This document shows, in pieces, positions 62,890-64,000 of a stretch of DNA of 64,000 nt (the first letter of the stretch is position 1; the number at the start of each line of letters is the position of its first letter). Both the position numbers and the translations under genes were made by a program. The notes under the pieces were generated by a model, which searched no databases, had not been told where the DNA came from, and worked only from the letters and a program-made list of their open reading frames with translations. Origin of the DNA: Macrostomum lignano (Eukaryota); the NCBI GenBank assembly GCA_002269645.1, contig NIVC01003259.1:44950-108949 (forward strand). The letters are read 5' to 3'.

Positions 62890-63230
62890 CAATTCCCCCT
62901 GTGAGCCTTGGCATCACAGCGATTCCCCCTGTGAGTCTTGGCATCCCAGCGATTCCCCCTGTGAGTCTTGGCATCCCAGCGATTCCCCCTGTGAGTCTTG
63001 GCATCCCAGCGAATTCCCCCTGTGAGTCTTGGCATCCCAGCGATTCCCCCTGTGAGTCTTGGCATCCAGCGATTCCCCTGTGAGTCTTGGCATCCCAGCG
63101 ATTCCCCCTGTGAGTCTTGGCATCCCAGCGATTCCCCTGTGAGTCTTGGCATCCCAGATTCCCCCTGTGAGTCTTGGCATCCCAGAATTCCCCATGTGAG
63201 TCTTGGCATCCCAGCAATTCCCCCTGTGTG
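62890..63230. repeat. ~30-bp minisatellite (ccccctgtgagtcttggcatcccagcgatt)
   Basis: About 11 copies. Confidence 0.9.
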
Positions 63231-63747
63231 TCTTAGCGTCTTAGCAATTCCATATTTTCAGTGAATCTTGATAAAATATTTCCTTTACATAGACCTAAAC
63301 TTTCATTTTTATTACCTAACTGATCACGTTTTCTTAAAAATAGTGTGTGAACGTTTACAATGATAATTATTATCACTCACTATGCTCACCTAATTTATTC
63401 ACTATTGCTGTGAATACTTATCAATTATAATATTTGAATTCAAGCGAGATCAGGGCGGAAATCAACGAATTCTGCTGGCCTCCGAGGCTGGACGAATCAT
63501 TTACGATAAGTCAGTGCCTGCCGCTTGCTACTGTCTGTCAGTAGCTGTGCACGCTTGTATTGTATGTTGTAAATCTTCAATTAACCAAACACCCTGTTGT
63601 ATTGTCGAAAATGGATAATTCACGACTAACATTGTATTAAAATCAATCATTCATTTTGTTGAGCGCTTTTGCAATAAAATTCACAAAACGTATTGGCCGA
63701 TTCCTGAGGACAGAGTGTGTACTTACATACAGTCCAGAGATACATGG

Positions 63748-63769
63748 ACAGACAGACAGACAGACACTA

Positions 63770-63800
<31 letters not shown>

Positions 63801-63844
63801 GAGATAGACAGACAGATAGATAGATAGATGGATAGATAGATAGG

Positions 63845-63878
<34 letters not shown>

Positions 63879-63879
63879 C

Positions 63880-63969
<90 letters not shown>

Positions 63970-64000
63970 TAGATAGATGATAGATAGATAGATAGATACA
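63748..64000. repeat. (CAGA)n/(GATA)n microsatellite
   Basis: Simple repeat to the window end. Confidence 0.95.

Overview
Repeat-rich animal genomic DNA. Spliced genes with tandem-repeat-filled introns suggest an invertebrate, possibly a flatworm such as Macrostomum; this is a guess. From left to right: (1) a 6.9 kb 17-bp satellite. (2) The 5' half of a Gypsy LTR retrotransposon, with LTR, tRNA-iMet PBS, gag and a -1 frameshift signal, broken just after the RT YMDD motif. (3) A ~12 kb Maverick/Polinton-like segment bounded by ~0.8-1.1 kb inverted arms. It carries a protein-primed-type DNA polymerase B interrupted by a LINE, a MITE and a 1-nt frameshift, plus a highly diverged intronless TATA-binding-protein gene, a 5'-truncated exonuclease-like gene and a Gln-rich ORF. 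No integrase, ATPase or capsid gene is visible. (4) A 58-bp satellite (not CRISPR) and a small PAN-like ORF. (5) An intronless beta-1,4-galactosyltransferase (GT7) gene. (6) A minus-strand capicua-like gene whose phase-consistent exon chain ends without an HMG box, with an opposite-strand gene nested in one intron. (7) A myosin III (kinase + motor + IQ) gene whose tail probably continues beyond the last exon I could identify. The best candidate for something new is the TBP-carrying pPolB element and its copy-back-like architecture. All family assignments come from motif recognition by eye; no database searches were run.
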